DNA from: Flavobacteriales bacterium UBA6772
GTDB taxonomy: Bacteria; Bacteroidota; Bacteroidia; Flavobacteriales; UBA7430
Assembly: GCA_905182215.1 (NCBI GenBank)
Contig: CAJJAI010000011.1
Span: 1-64,000, forward strand
Length of the DNA: 64,000 bases
Reading direction: 5' to 3'
The notes beneath the pieces are model-generated. The model searched no databases. It saw only the letters and a list, made by a program, of their open reading frames with translations, and was not told where the DNA came from. The translations under genes and the position numbers were made by a program. Positions within the stretch are counted from its first letter, which is position 1. Each line of letters starts with the position of its first letter. Shown piece after piece: positions 11,356 through 21,580 of the stretch.

Positions 11356-12445
11356 TTACAAGCTCCTCAATAATATCTACAATTTTCTCTGCGGCTCTTG
11401 GCTGATCCATTCCTTTACAATTCTCAGCCAATTGCTTTTGCTTTCCTGGATTGTTTACTAATAATTCTAACTGCTCAAAAAGAGTGGTTTTCATATTTTT
11501 TTCCTCAACTAAAACAGCTGCATTTTTGTCTGCTAAAGACAAGGCATTTTTCGTTTGATGATCCTCAGCCACATTTGGTGAGGGTATTAAAATACAGGTT
11601 TTTCCTAGCGATGAAAGTTCTGATATTGCTATTGCACCCGCTCTCGAAATTACGATGTCGGAAGCTGCAAAAGCTTGAGACATATCGCTAATAAAAGCTC
11701 TTACCTGCCCATTAACACCTAATTTAGCTTGAGCTAGCTTACATCTGTCGTAATATAAATTACCGGTTTGCCAGATTAACTGAATATCGTTTTGCTTAAA
11801 CCATTCACTATTCTCCAAAATAGTTTCATTAATTCGCAATGCGCCCAAGCTCCCACCAATAACCAATACAGTTGTTTTGTGTTTTGTAAAACAATAAGAG
11901 GCTAAACTTTCTTCTTTAGATGGATTCCCGTATTCTATTTCGGAGCGGATAGGGTTTCCTGTAAAATGAATTTTATCTTTTGGGAAAAATCGTTCTAAAC
12001 CTGGGTATGCAACACATATCTTATGAACTCTAGAAGCCAATATTTTATTGGTTATTCCTGGATATGAATTTTGCTCTTGTATAAGAGTTGGTATTTTGAA
12101 TAAGGTAGCTATCCATAAGATTGGACCGCTTGCAAAACCACCCGTACCAATTACTACATCAGGTTTAAACCGTAAAACAATGAAGAAAGATTTTAGAATA
12201 CTCAAGATCAATTTTATTGGAAACAGTATATTTTTTAAAGATAGGGATCGTTGAAATCCTGAAATCCAAAGTCCTATTATTTTAAACCCTGCTGCCGGAA
12301 CCTTTTCCATTTCCATACGATCGGAAGCACCCACAAACAAAAACTCGGTAGTACTATCTCTGCGCTCTAATTCTTTTGCAATTGCAAGAGCTGGAAATAT
12401 ATGTCCTCCAGTACCACCACCGCTTATTAATACCTTCTTAACCAT
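11348..12445 (-). CDS. murG: Undecaprenyl-PP-MurNAc-pentapeptide GlcNAc transferase
   Basis: The N-terminus is SGGGTGGHIFPALAIA, and the gene sits in the dcw position. Confidence 0.95.
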   Translation of the reverse strand: MVKKVLISGGGTGGHIFPALAIAKELERRDSTTEFLFVGASDRMEMEKVPAAGFKIIGLWISGFQRSLSLKNILFPIKLILSILKSFFIVLRFKPDVVIGTGGFASGPILWIATLFKIPTLIQEQNSYPGITNKILASRVHKICVAYPGLERFFPKDKIHFTGNPIRSEIEYGNPSKEESLASYCFTKHKTTVLVIGGSLGALRINETILENSEWFKQNDIQLIWQTGNLYYDRCKLAQAKLGVNGQVRAFISDMSQAFAASDIVISRAGAIAISELSSLGKTCILIPSPNVAEDHQTKNALSLADKNAAVLVEEKNMKTTLFEQLELLVNNPGKQKQLAENCKGMDQPRAAEKIVDIIEELVNG

Positions 12446-13580
12446 CTACCTCAACATTTTGTGGCTTTGGTAAACCGTTACTAATACTCAAAATTAACCC
12501 TAATGCAGCGCAAGTCATCCATACCGAAGACCCACCCGCACTAATTAGCGGAAGTGTTTGCCCGGTAACAGGCAGCAAATTTACGGCTACAGCCATGTTT
12601 ATAAAGGCTTGAGAAATTATGGACAATCCCAATCCTATTACTAATAGAATTGCAAAGTCATCGTCGCTTTTACTAGCGATTCTTAAAACTCTAAAGAGTA
12701 AACATAAGTATAATACGATAACAAATAAGCCGCCTATTCTACCATATTCTTCAACAATTACGGCATAAACAAAGTCGGAAGACGACTGAGGTAAGAAATA
12801 TTTTTGAACACTTTTACCAGGACCCTGCCCCCAGATTCCCCCACGTGCAATTGCCATTTTAGCTTGATTTACCTGATAACTCTTACAGTCATCATCAAAA
12901 TAACATTCTATACGGGAATTCCAGGTGGCTACACGATTACTAATATTCGGATAGTTTGTAACCACAGTATAGAACAAGCCAATAGAGCCTACACCAATTA
13001 GCATCATTATACTTAGCCATTTTAAAGAATAACGACCTACGAACATGATTAAAAAACTAATCATAAAAATCATAGCTGAGGTAGAAAAGTTTGAGGGTAA
13101 AATTAAACCACAGATCAATAATACTGGACCTAAAATAGGAAGGAAGGAACTTTTTAAGGACTGTAATTTCGCTTTAAAGTGTACTAGATTTCTAGCTAAC
13201 AAAACAAACAAAGCAACCTTAGCAAGCTCTGAGGGCTGAAAAGAAAAACCAGCAACTCGAATCCACCGACTCGCATTGGCACCACTAATAGATTCACCAC
13301 CACTTATAGCCCATAGAACTAGAAGTACAGCTATTCCAAAAATTAAAATGGAGGTATTGTAAAAATACTTATAAGGAACTTTAGATAAAAGCCACATAAT
13401 AAAAAAGCCAATCCCCAAATGCATAAGGTGCTTAAACAAGAAAGAGAGCGTGTTTCCTTCTTTGTAGGCAAATGCTAAGTGAGAGCTAGCGCTATATACT
13501 AAGACTATAGAAACTAGTGAGAGCAAAATTGCGATTGCCCAAATATATTTATCTCCTTTTATGTGCTTTAACCAGTTCAA
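12438..13580 (-). CDS. ftsW: Lipid II flippase / peptidoglycan polymerase FtsW (SEDS family)
   Basis: It is a polytopic membrane protein with SEDS motifs (FQPSELAK, LPxTGxTLPLISxGGSS). Confidence 0.92.
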   Translation of the reverse strand: MNWLKHIKGDKYIWAIAILLSLVSIVLVYSASSHLAFAYKEGNTLSFLFKHLMHLGIGFFIMWLLSKVPYKYFYNTSILIFGIAVLLVLWAISGGESISGANASRWIRVAGFSFQPSELAKVALFVLLARNLVHFKAKLQSLKSSFLPILGPVLLICGLILPSNFSTSAMIFMISFLIMFVGRYSLKWLSIMMLIGVGSIGLFYTVVTNYPNISNRVATWNSRIECYFDDDCKSYQVNQAKMAIARGGIWGQGPGKSVQKYFLPQSSSDFVYAVIVEEYGRIGGLFVIVLYLCLLFRVLRIASKSDDDFAILLVIGLGLSIISQAFINMAVAVNLLPVTGQTLPLISAGGSSVWMTCAALGLILSISNGLPKPQNVEVDG

Positions 13581-13581
13581 A

Positions 13582-14898
13582 CTATAAGAGTCTTATTTGT
13601 TTTTTAAATTGACGACCACGGTCTTCGTAGCTCGTAAATAAATCGAAACTTGCACAGGCAGGCGACAACAAAACTGTATCTCCTTTTTTTGCTAGTTTAT
13701 AGGCAGCTTTAACAGCCATTTCCATGGAGTTTGATGATTCGATAACGTCTACTACTCCACCAAAAGTTTTAATCAGTTTTGTATTATCAGCTCCTAAACA
13801 AACAATTGCTTTAACTTTTTTAGAAACCAAAGGCACTAATTCTTCATAATTATTACCCTTATCAACACCACCACAAATCCAAACAACAGATTTAGTCATA
13901 CTATCTAAAGCGTACCATGTTGCGTTTACATTTGTAGCTTTAGAGTCGTTTATATAATCCACGCCGTACACCTTAAGTACCGGTTCTAAACGATGTTCAA
14001 TTTTTTCGAAATCTGATAAACATTCGCGTACAATATCGTTTGTTATACCCAATAATTTTGCAGCAATACCACCCGCCATAGAGTTGTAGGTATTGTGTTT
14101 CCCTTGTAATGCTAATTCGTGAATTGTCATAGTTAGCTGCTCTCTGTTAATATTAATTTCTATAGTTTCGTTTATCAAACTAGCACCAGTAGTAGACGTT
14201 TGCTCACCAAAGGGAAGCTTTACTGCCTTCACCTTATTTAGATTCTTTTTTATCAAATCATCCTCATTCCAATAAATGAAATAATCATTGAGATCTTGAT
14301 TTTCTGTAATGCGCAATTTAGAAGCTACATAATTCTCCATCTCACCTTCGTACCTGTCTAAGTGGTCTGGACTTAGGTTTAACAGAATAGCTATATACGG
14401 TTTAAACTGATGTATGTCGTCGAGCTGAAAACTACTAAGTTCTAACACCCAATAGTCGTGATCGGATAGACTAAGACATCGTGCAAAACTATCGCCTATA
14501 TTTCCTGCAAGAGCCACATCTAGTTTTGCTCCTTTAAGTAGATGATGCACCAAAGTTGCAGTAGTTGTTTTCCCATTACTACCAGTAATAGCAACAATTT
14601 TCCCTTTGCAATACCTATACGCAAATTCAATTTCTGAAAGAACTTCTATTCCTTGTTGTCTTGCTTTCTTCACAAGTAAAGTCTCGGGAATACCAGGACT
14701 TTTAATGAGGATATCAGCAGCTAAAATTCTTTCTTCTGTATGCGTACCTTGTTCCCATTCTATACCATTATCAGACAACTCTTTTTGATAAGGTTCTTTA
14801 ATTTGTCCAAAGTCGCTCACAAAAACCGTCAAGCCCTTTTTTTGGGCTAATAAAGCTGCCCCAACACCACTTTCTCCTGCACCTAAAACTGCGATCAT
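13582..14898 (-). CDS. murD: UDP-N-acetylmuramoylalanine--D-glutamate ligase
   Basis: MIAVLGAGESGVG... and GSNGKTTT are present. I moved the start to the ATG at 14896-14898, immediately after the mraY stop. The longer ORF-track start would overlap mraY by 58 nt. Confidence 0.93.
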   Translation of the reverse strand: MIAVLGAGESGVGAALLAQKKGLTVFVSDFGQIKEPYQKELSDNGIEWEQGTHTEERILAADILIKSPGIPETLLVKKARQQGIEVLSEIEFAYRYCKGKIVAITGSNGKTTTATLVHHLLKGAKLDVALAGNIGDSFARCLSLSDHDYWVLELSSFQLDDIHQFKPYIAILLNLSPDHLDRYEGEMENYVASKLRITENQDLNDYFIYWNEDDLIKKNLNKVKAVKLPFGEQTSTTGASLINETIEININREQLTMTIHELALQGKHNTYNSMAGGIAAKLLGITNDIVRECLSDFEKIEHRLEPVLKVYGVDYINDSKATNVNATWYALDSMTKSVVWICGGVDKGNNYEELVPLVSKKVKAIVCLGADNTKLIKTFGGVVDVIESSNSMEMAVKAAYKLAKKGDTVLLSPACASFDLFTSYEDRGRQFKKQIRLL

Positions 14899-14900
14899 TA

Positions 14901-16115
14901 TTAGCGAAGTTTTAGGGTTACAAAACTTAGCACTGCTAGCATTAAGCCAACAATCCAAAAACGGGTTACTATTTTACTTTCATGCATCCCAGCTTTTTGG
15001 TAGTGATGATGTAAAGGAGCCATTAGGAAAATTCGTTTTCCTTGGCCATATTTTTTCTTGGTATATTTAAAATAAGTCACTTGTATTACCACAGATAAAT
15101 TCTCTACGAAGAACACCCCGCAAATTATAGGAATAAGTAATTCTTTACGAATAGCAATTGCAAACACAGCTATAATAGCTCCTATAGCCAAGCTACCTGT
15201 ATCGCCCATAAAAACTTGTGCTGGATAAGAGTTATACCATAAAAAACCAAAGCAAGCACCAACAAAAGCACCAATAAATATCACCAGTTCACCCGAATTT
15301 GGGATGTACATAATATTTAAATATTCAGCGAAAATAATATTACCAGACACATAAGCAAACACAGCCAAAACAAGCCCTATAATGGCCGAAGTTCCAGTGG
15401 CTAAACCATCTATTCCATCGGTTAAGTTAGCACCATTTGAAACAGCAGTTACCGCAAAAATTACCATTGGGATAAAGATTAACCAAGCCCAATCTGCTGC
15501 CTTTTCACCAAACCAAGACAGAACATCTGCATAATCAAATTCATTGTTTTTAACAAAAGGTATAGTAGTCATCGTAGATTTCACATCTACCTGAACATAT
15601 TCTATTTCTGAAGTAGCACTTACCGTTTTCACCTGTTCTCGCATTACTACATCAGGATGAAAATAGAGAATGGAACCTACGATTAGTCCAAGAGAAACTT
15701 GGCCTAAAATTTTAAATTTTCCAGCAAGACCGTCTTTGTCTTTTTTAAACACTTTGATATAATCATCTAAAAACCCAATGAGCCCCATCCAAACGGTAGT
15801 AATTAATAATAATATTACATAGATATTATCGAGTTTGGCAAAAAGGAGAGTAGGTATTAATATAGCACTTAGAATAATTATCCCTCCCATGGTTGGAGTA
15901 CCCGATTTTTCAACTTGCCCCGCTAAACCAAGATCTCTTATACTTTCGCCAACTTGTTTTTTTGCTAATATTTTAATAATTCTACCCCCAAATATCATCG
16001 ATATTAATAAGGAAACTATAACAGCCATAGCAGCTCTAAAAGAAATATATTGAAATACTCCAGCACCAGGAAGGTCGAAAGTTTCGTGTAGGTATGTAAA
16101 TAAATAGTACAACAT
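14901..16115 (-). CDS. mraY: Phospho-N-acetylmuramoyl-pentapeptide transferase
   Basis: It is polytopic, with the motifs [13 protein letters not shown] and [10 protein letters not shown]. Confidence 0.96.
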   Translation of the reverse strand: MLYYLFTYLHETFDLPGAGVFQYISFRAAMAVIVSLLISMIFGGRIIKILAKKQVGESIRDLGLAGQVEKSGTPTMGGIIILSAILIPTLLFAKLDNIYVILLLITTVWMGLIGFLDDYIKVFKKDKDGLAGKFKILGQVSLGLIVGSILYFHPDVVMREQVKTVSATSEIEYVQVDVKSTMTTIPFVKNNEFDYADVLSWFGEKAADWAWLIFIPMVIFAVTAVSNGANLTDGIDGLATGTSAIIGLVLAVFAYVSGNIIFAEYLNIMYIPNSGELVIFIGAFVGACFGFLWYNSYPAQVFMGDTGSLAIGAIIAVFAIAIRKELLIPIICGVFFVENLSVVIQVTYFKYTKKKYGQGKRIFLMAPLHHHYQKAGMHESKIVTRFWIVGLMLAVLSFVTLKLR

Positions 16116-16118
16116 ATA

Positions 16119-17573
16119 TTAGTCTTTTAAATGCTCTTTTAAAATTGCCAAATCGTCAAAAGGGAATCGTTCACCTTTAATTTCTTGGTATTTCTCGTGT
16201 CCTTTACCCGCTATTAATAATATATCTCCGTGGGAGCAAAGCGCAATCCCCAATTTAATCGCTTCACGTCTGTCGTCAAGGCTTAATACTTTTTTCATTT
16301 GAGAAGCAGAAACACCCGTTTTCATCTCTTCAATGATAGCCATAGGCTCTTCACTTCTTGGATTATCTGATGTGAGTATAACTTGGTCAGACCAAGTACA
16401 GGCAACTTCAGCCATAAGAGGTCGTTTGCCAGCATCTCTATCGCCACCACAGCCAACAACGCAAACTAGCTTCTGATTTCCAGTACGGATGTCAGCAATT
16501 GTTTTTAATACATTATCTAATGCATCGGGAGTGTGTGCATAATCTACAATCGCGGTAATTCCTGAATCCGATTTATATTGTTGAAACCTACCTTCTACTG
16601 CATTTAAGGCAGATAATACAGTAAGTACTTGTAGTGAATCCTCACCTAATTCCACGGCAGCAGCAAAGGTTAACAACAAATTAGAAGCATTAAAACTCCC
16701 TATTAGTTTAGTATATACTTCCTGGCCATTTACATTTAAATGAAGACCTCCAAACTGGCTTTCTATAATTTTACATTTATAATCTGCCATCGATCTCAAT
16801 GCAAAATATTTTTTGTTTGCTTTGGTATGATGCAACATAGTTTCTCCATGCTTATCATCCTTATTAACAATCGCAATGGAATTAGCTCCTAATGAGTCGA
16901 ATAATTTCTTTTTAGCAAGAATATACTCGTCAAAGGTTTTATGGTAGTCTAAATGGTCTCTACTAATGTTGGTAAATAGAGCAATATCGAAATTTAAACC
17001 TGTTACTCTGCCTTGGTCTATGGCATGAGAACTCACTTCCATAAAACAGTATTTACAGCCTTCCGAAATCATTTCCTTTAACATCGCATTAAGCCGAAGT
17101 GCATCAGGGGTAGTATGTGTAGCAGTAATAGACTTTGAGCCAATTTTATAAACAACTGTAGACAATAGACCCGCTTTATAGCCAAGAGCCTGAAATAAAT
17201 TATGCAATAAAGTAGCAACGGTAGTTTTTCCATTTGTACCCGTTACCCCTATAAGCTTAATTTTTTCTGAAGGATTATCGTAGAAATTAGCGGCTATAAT
17301 TCCTAGAGCTGTAGCCGCATCTTTCACCTTAATATAAACGACTTCAGGTTTTAAAAGAGTAGGTAACTTTTCACAAATCACAGCTAAAGCTCCTAAGGAA
17401 ATAGCGTTTTCTATAAACGTATGTCCATCTGAAATACTCCCTTTTACAGCCACAAAAAGACTGTCTTTTTGAACTATTCTAGAATCGAAGCAGATATGTG
17501 GAATAGCAATATTAACATTGCCAGAAATGCTTTCTAGCTCTACTTTATACAATATGTCTTTCAGTAATTTCAT
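16119..17573 (-). CDS. murE: UDP-MurNAc-tripeptide synthetase (meso-DAP adding)
   Basis: It has the GVTGTNGKTT P-loop and the DNPR motif (LTSDNPRSEEP), which is characteristic of meso-DAP-specific MurE. Confidence 0.95.
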   Translation of the reverse strand: MKLLKDILYKVELESISGNVNIAIPHICFDSRIVQKDSLFVAVKGSISDGHTFIENAISLGALAVICEKLPTLLKPEVVYIKVKDAATALGIIAANFYDNPSEKIKLIGVTGTNGKTTVATLLHNLFQALGYKAGLLSTVVYKIGSKSITATHTTPDALRLNAMLKEMISEGCKYCFMEVSSHAIDQGRVTGLNFDIALFTNISRDHLDYHKTFDEYILAKKKLFDSLGANSIAIVNKDDKHGETMLHHTKANKKYFALRSMADYKCKIIESQFGGLHLNVNGQEVYTKLIGSFNASNLLLTFAAAVELGEDSLQVLTVLSALNAVEGRFQQYKSDSGITAIVDYAHTPDALDNVLKTIADIRTGNQKLVCVVGCGGDRDAGKRPLMAEVACTWSDQVILTSDNPRSEEPMAIIEEMKTGVSASQMKKVLSLDDRREAIKLGIALCSHGDILLIAGKGHEKYQEIKGERFPFDDLAILKEHLKD

Positions 17574-19633
17574 TACGAGAGCCTAAGTATTACTTTATGA
17601 TTTTTCTCAATCTCATCCCCAGCCTTTAAAGACTGTTTTCTAACCTTTCCTTTTCCATTTAACTCTACTTGGACTCCTAGGTTTTCTAATAAATATAGCG
17701 CATCCATCGAAGTCATTCCACTTAGATTAGGCATTAGGTTAGGTTCAAAATCTAAAGCTTCAAAATTCGTTTTATCAGACCTTACTAATGAGTTAGAGCT
17801 AATCTCATTATTTTTTGAGTACGCTAAAACTTTATGAATTGAATTTATTTCGTGCGCTAAACCAACATACTCTGAGGCTATAGCTCCATCCATTTGTGGC
17901 ACTTCTACAGACTCTTCAGCATACAAAAGATCTCTAATTTCTCTAAACACTGGAGCAGCAACAATATTTCCATAAAAGCCTAATTCTTTTTTAGGTTTTG
18001 TAACGACTACAATACAAGAATACTTTGGCTTATCTGCAGGGAAGTAACCAGCAAAAGAAGCTCTGTATTCTGAGCCATATGCACCCTGACTAGCAATTTT
18101 GGCAGTACCAGTTTTTCCTGCACAGGAATATTTTTTTGAATAAATGTTTTTTGCGGTACCGTTTTCTACTACGCCTACTAGTAAATCTTGAAGGATAGAA
18201 ATAGTGTTGTTTGAGCAAATACTTGGTTTTAATACCTCAACTTTCTTGGAGTTTAACAAATGCTCCCCCAATTGTATTCTGTCTACCAAATAAGGCTTTA
18301 CCAATTCTCCATTATTAGCAACAGCGTTGTACAAGGCCAATATTTGTAGTGCACTCATTTTAATCTCATAACCATAAGCAATCCATGGCAAGGAAACCCC
18401 AGACCAAGTAGAATCACTGACATTTGGGATACAAGGTTCAGCCTCACCTAAAAGCTCAAAATCTAATTTATTACTCACACCCAATCTAGCCAATCGATCA
18501 ATAAACTCTTGGGGTTTATCTTCATAAAGATCAACTATGGTTCTAGAAATTCCAATATTAGAAGAGACTTCAAAAGCTCTAGCAATAGATATTTTCCCAT
18601 GCCCACCTAGATGCGCATTCGAGTCTTTCATTTTGCTATCGTAAAATTTAAAGACTCCATTTTTGGTGTCAACAATACGCGAGGTATCAATTTTCCCATC
18701 TTCCAATGCTACCAATAAAGAAGCTAACTTAAAAGTTGAGCCAGGCTCGTATGCTGAACCAAAAGCATAATTATAAAGCTCTGCGTACTTACGTTCTTTG
18801 GTGCTATGTAAGCTAGACATAGCACGAATAGCTCCTGTTTTTACATCCATTAAAATTACAGATCCACTTTCTGCATCAAACTTCTCTAGGCTTCTGAGTA
18901 ATGCAGTTTGAGCAATATCTTGTAAACGGATATCTATAGTAGAATAGACGTCTGCACCAGCTGCAGGTTCTACATCTTGGGTATTACTCAAAGGTTTCCA
19001 TACACCCCCGTTAATTTTCTGCATCAACTGCAAACCGTTTGTCCCTTTTAAATAATCATTAAACGATTTTTCTATCCCTACATCATATCGTAAATCGCGA
19101 CCATAACCAATGGTTCTATCACATAATTTACCGAATGGCTTAATTCTATTACTATATTGAGTATACACAAAACCGCCTTTATATCTACCTTTTTCTAGTA
19201 TTGGTAGTTTTTTAACTTCTTGTAGGTCGGAATACCTAACACCCGATTTAAGCCTTAGGTATTGTTTTTTATTTCTTCGAGCCTTACGAAGCTTTGTTGC
19301 ATATTGATCGGCTGTTAAATCTCCAAATATATCGGACAAACCTTGTGATAATTTACGATAGTTATTAGCAAACAATGTATCTGAAGCCTGACTAGGATCT
19401 ATTGCAATGGTATAAACCGGCATTGAGGTTGCTAATAAATTCCCTTTAACGTCATAAATATTACCACGTGGAGAATCAATTTCTCTAAGTGCTACAACGG
19501 GATCATATTTAGAAAGGCTCCCTGCCATATTATGCTGCACCAATATTAACTCAACAAAAATGGCCACAGCAGCAATCATAATTAGCGAGCTAATTATCAT
19601 AACGCGAACAAATATGGCTTTCTTTTCTGTCAT
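17573..19633 (-). CDS. ftsI: Division transpeptidase FtsI (class B PBP) with a C-terminal PASTA domain
   Basis: The STFK (GSTFKLAS), SSN and KTGT boxes are present. The last about 60 aa (MTSMDALYLLENLGVQVELNGKGKV...) look like a PASTA domain. Confidence 0.93.
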   Translation of the reverse strand: MTEKKAIFVRVMIISSLIMIAAVAIFVELILVQHNMAGSLSKYDPVVALREIDSPRGNIYDVKGNLLATSMPVYTIAIDPSQASDTLFANNYRKLSQGLSDIFGDLTADQYATKLRKARRNKKQYLRLKSGVRYSDLQEVKKLPILEKGRYKGGFVYTQYSNRIKPFGKLCDRTIGYGRDLRYDVGIEKSFNDYLKGTNGLQLMQKINGGVWKPLSNTQDVEPAAGADVYSTIDIRLQDIAQTALLRSLEKFDAESGSVILMDVKTGAIRAMSSLHSTKERKYAELYNYAFGSAYEPGSTFKLASLLVALEDGKIDTSRIVDTKNGVFKFYDSKMKDSNAHLGGHGKISIARAFEVSSNIGISRTIVDLYEDKPQEFIDRLARLGVSNKLDFELLGEAEPCIPNVSDSTWSGVSLPWIAYGYEIKMSALQILALYNAVANNGELVKPYLVDRIQLGEHLLNSKKVEVLKPSICSNNTISILQDLLVGVVENGTAKNIYSKKYSCAGKTGTAKIASQGAYGSEYRASFAGYFPADKPKYSCIVVVTKPKKELGFYGNIVAAPVFREIRDLLYAEESVEVPQMDGAIASEYVGLAHEINSIHKVLAYSKNNEISSNSLVRSDKTNFEALDFEPNLMPNLSGMTSMDALYLLENLGVQVELNGKGKVRKQSLKAGDEIEKNHKVILRLS

Positions 19634-19635
19634 GC

Positions 19636-19983
19636 TTACTTATGTACTTCAATTTTAAACGGTGAATCGAGCGATTCGTAGAGATCTAGATCTGCAACTT
19701 TCTGTGCCACAATTGTGGTTTTACTCAAAGACATTAGTTGTGTTCTCATATCTATATGTCGGGAACGCAAATCTTTTAAGTCCTCATTGAGTTTACTAAT
19801 TCTAAACACTTTTTGATCTACTTTATGAGAACTATAAATCACTAAAATGGCTAATCCAGAAACAAACAATATCAAGCGCCAAGAATTAACCATAAATTTT
19901 TTGGAAGCCAATTTATCTTTGTAGAGTCCTTTAAATCGGATTCCCAACAGATTAAAAAGTTTATTCCAAGTAGGTTTAGTCAA
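19636..19983 (-). CDS. ftsL: FtsL-like division protein
   Basis: It is 115 aa with one TM followed by a coiled-coil-like segment, positioned between rsmH and ftsI. Confidence 0.7.
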   Translation of the reverse strand: MTKPTWNKLFNLLGIRFKGLYKDKLASKKFMVNSWRLILFVSGLAILVIYSSHKVDQKVFRISKLNEDLKDLRSRHIDMRTQLMSLSKTTIVAQKVADLDLYESLDSPFKIEVHK

Positions 19984-19986
19984 AGC

Positions 19987-20886
19987 TTATAATTTTTCTG
20001 CTACTCTAAGTTTTGCACTTCTAGCACGGTTATTTCTTTTAATTTCTTCGGCCGTAGGAAGGATTGGTTTTCTACTTATTTTTTTAAAACTCAGTAGTTT
20101 ATTCCCAAAAAAATCTTGTTCCAACTCACCCTCAAAGTTTCCTTTTTGAATTAAGTTTTTTACGAGCCTATCTTCCAAAGAGTGGTAAGATATTACCACG
20201 AGCCTACCGCCAGGTTTTAAAACCTCTTGGGCTTGAGAAAGCATTTCTTTCAAAACATTCAACTCATCATTCACTTCAATTCTGATAGCTTGAAATACTT
20301 GGGCGAAAAATTTATTTTCTAACATTGCAGGAGTTAAAGGCTTTAATAAGTCTTTTAGTTCCGTTACAGTCTGTATAGGAGCATTTACTCTAGCTTCACA
20401 AATTATACGAGCTACAGTACCCGGGCGTTTTAGTTCTCCGTAAATTTTTAAAATATTTTTTAAATCTTCCTGCTCGTATTCATTGATTACTTTATAAGCA
20501 TTTAAATCAGAATTCTGATCCATTCTCATATCTAGCTCAGCTTCGAAGCGGGTAGAAAACCCTCTATCAGGTACATCAAACTGATGAGAAGAAACTCCAA
20601 GATCAGCTAATAATCCATCAATCTCTTTAACCCCATACATTCTCAAAGAACTTTTTAAATACTTAAAATTGGCATTTATCAAAGTAAATCTATCGTCGTC
20701 TAATTCATTTTTAAGCGCATCCTCATCTTGATCGAAAGCATATAAATGACCTTCTGACAATTGTGATACGATAGCTTTAGAATGACCGCCGCCCCCAAAA
20801 GTCACATCTACATAGGTTCCTTTGGACTTAATATTTAAACCTTCCAAACATTCACTTAATAATACAGGATCGTGGTATTCACTCAT
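19987..20886 (-). CDS. rsmH: 16S rRNA (cytosine1402-N4)-methyltransferase
   Basis: It has the HxPVLL N-terminus, DxTFGGGGHS and SYHSLEDR. Confidence 0.96.
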   Translation of the reverse strand: MSEYHDPVLLSECLEGLNIKSKGTYVDVTFGGGGHSKAIVSQLSEGHLYAFDQDEDALKNELDDDRFTLINANFKYLKSSLRMYGVKEIDGLLADLGVSSHQFDVPDRGFSTRFEAELDMRMDQNSDLNAYKVINEYEQEDLKNILKIYGELKRPGTVARIICEARVNAPIQTVTELKDLLKPLTPAMLENKFFAQVFQAIRIEVNDELNVLKEMLSQAQEVLKPGGRLVVISYHSLEDRLVKNLIQKGNFEGELEQDFFGNKLLSFKKISRKPILPTAEEIKRNNRARSAKLRVAEKL

Positions 20887-20889
20887 TTC

Positions 20890-21351
20890 TTATTCCGTTT
20901 TTTCTGTATTCCCCATTACTTCTTCGGCTAACAAACCAAAATCTACAGAGGCATCGTTAACCGTCTTTTCGTACTGATCTTTATCCCAGATCTCTACTAT
21001 ATTTCCTACCGAAGCCAAAACAATTTGTTTTTGTATCCCTGCAAAATTAATCAGGTCTTTTGGTATTTGTATCCTCGCAGTAATGTCTGCATCCACCATT
21101 CTTACTCCTGCTGTAAACATCCTAACGAAGTCGTTATTCTTCTTAACGAAACGATTTAACTTGTTTACATCTGCCATCACAAAATTCCACTCAGCTAAGG
21201 GATATAACTCTAGGCAAGCATTAAAAACCGAACGCTTTAATACGAAGCCTTCTTGAAGCTCAGCAGCTAACTGCTTTTTAAGCCCAGAAGGAAGCATTAA
21301 ACGCCCTTTGGCATCTGCTCTGCATTCGTACATTCCGATTAAATTCTTCAC
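20890..21351 (-). CDS. mraZ: Transcriptional regulator MraZ
   Basis: There are two SpoVT/AbrB-like halves (DAKGRLMLP and ITARIQIP). The GTG start gives the usual M-x-N-L-I-G-x-YEC N-terminus. Confidence 0.93.
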   Translation of the reverse strand: MKNLIGMYECRADAKGRLMLPSGLKKQLAAELQEGFVLKRSVFNACLELYPLAEWNFVMADVNKLNRFVKKNNDFVRMFTAGVRMVDADITARIQIPKDLINFAGIQKQIVLASVGNIVEIWDKDQYEKTVNDASVDFGLLAEEVMGNTEKTE

Positions 21352-21377
21352 TTCTTAAGCCTATTTTTTATTAGACA

Positions 21378-21385
21378 CAAATATA
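21378..21385 (-). promoter_or_regulatory. Candidate -7 promoter box (TATATTTG) of the mraZ/dcw operon
   Basis: It is a perfect match to the Bacteroidota TAnnTTTG consensus on the minus strand, with 26 nt between the box and the mraZ start. Confidence 0.5.
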
Positions 21386-21411
21386 TACCACTTTTTACCA
21401 CATTCTACCAC
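21386..21411 (-). promoter_or_regulatory. Putative MraZ operator: three direct GTGGTA repeats with exact 10-bp phasing
   Basis: TACCAC occurs on the + strand at 21386-21391, 21396-21401 and 21406-21411. The repeats directly abut the -7 box. Confidence 0.55.
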
Positions 21412-21554
21412 TATGTTAATAACTTTCCTCAATATCAAGTAAATAAGAATTTGCTGTAGATTTAAAATGAAGAAAAAATGGTGCTAAAAACTATTGAAAT
21501 GAATAAAAATTTGAGGTCTAATTATCTGGATAGATAGAATAAGTATTTATTCAG

Positions 21555-21562
21555 TATTTTTG
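21555..21562 (+). promoter_or_regulatory. Candidate -7 promoter box (TATTTTTG) for the hydrolase-engB unit
   Basis: It is a perfect TAnnTTTG, with 18 nt before the ATG at 21581. Confidence 0.5.
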
Positions 21563-21580
21563 CCGAGTAAAATTTCAAAT

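Noticed and set aside
5787-21351. Absence of murF and ddl from the dcw cluster compared with the E. coli order.
   Set aside because: As far as I recall, this is the normal arrangement in Bacteroidota, where murF and ddl are encoded elsewhere. The junctions murE-mraY (3 nt) and murC-ftsQ (overlap) leave no sign of deletion or rearrangement.
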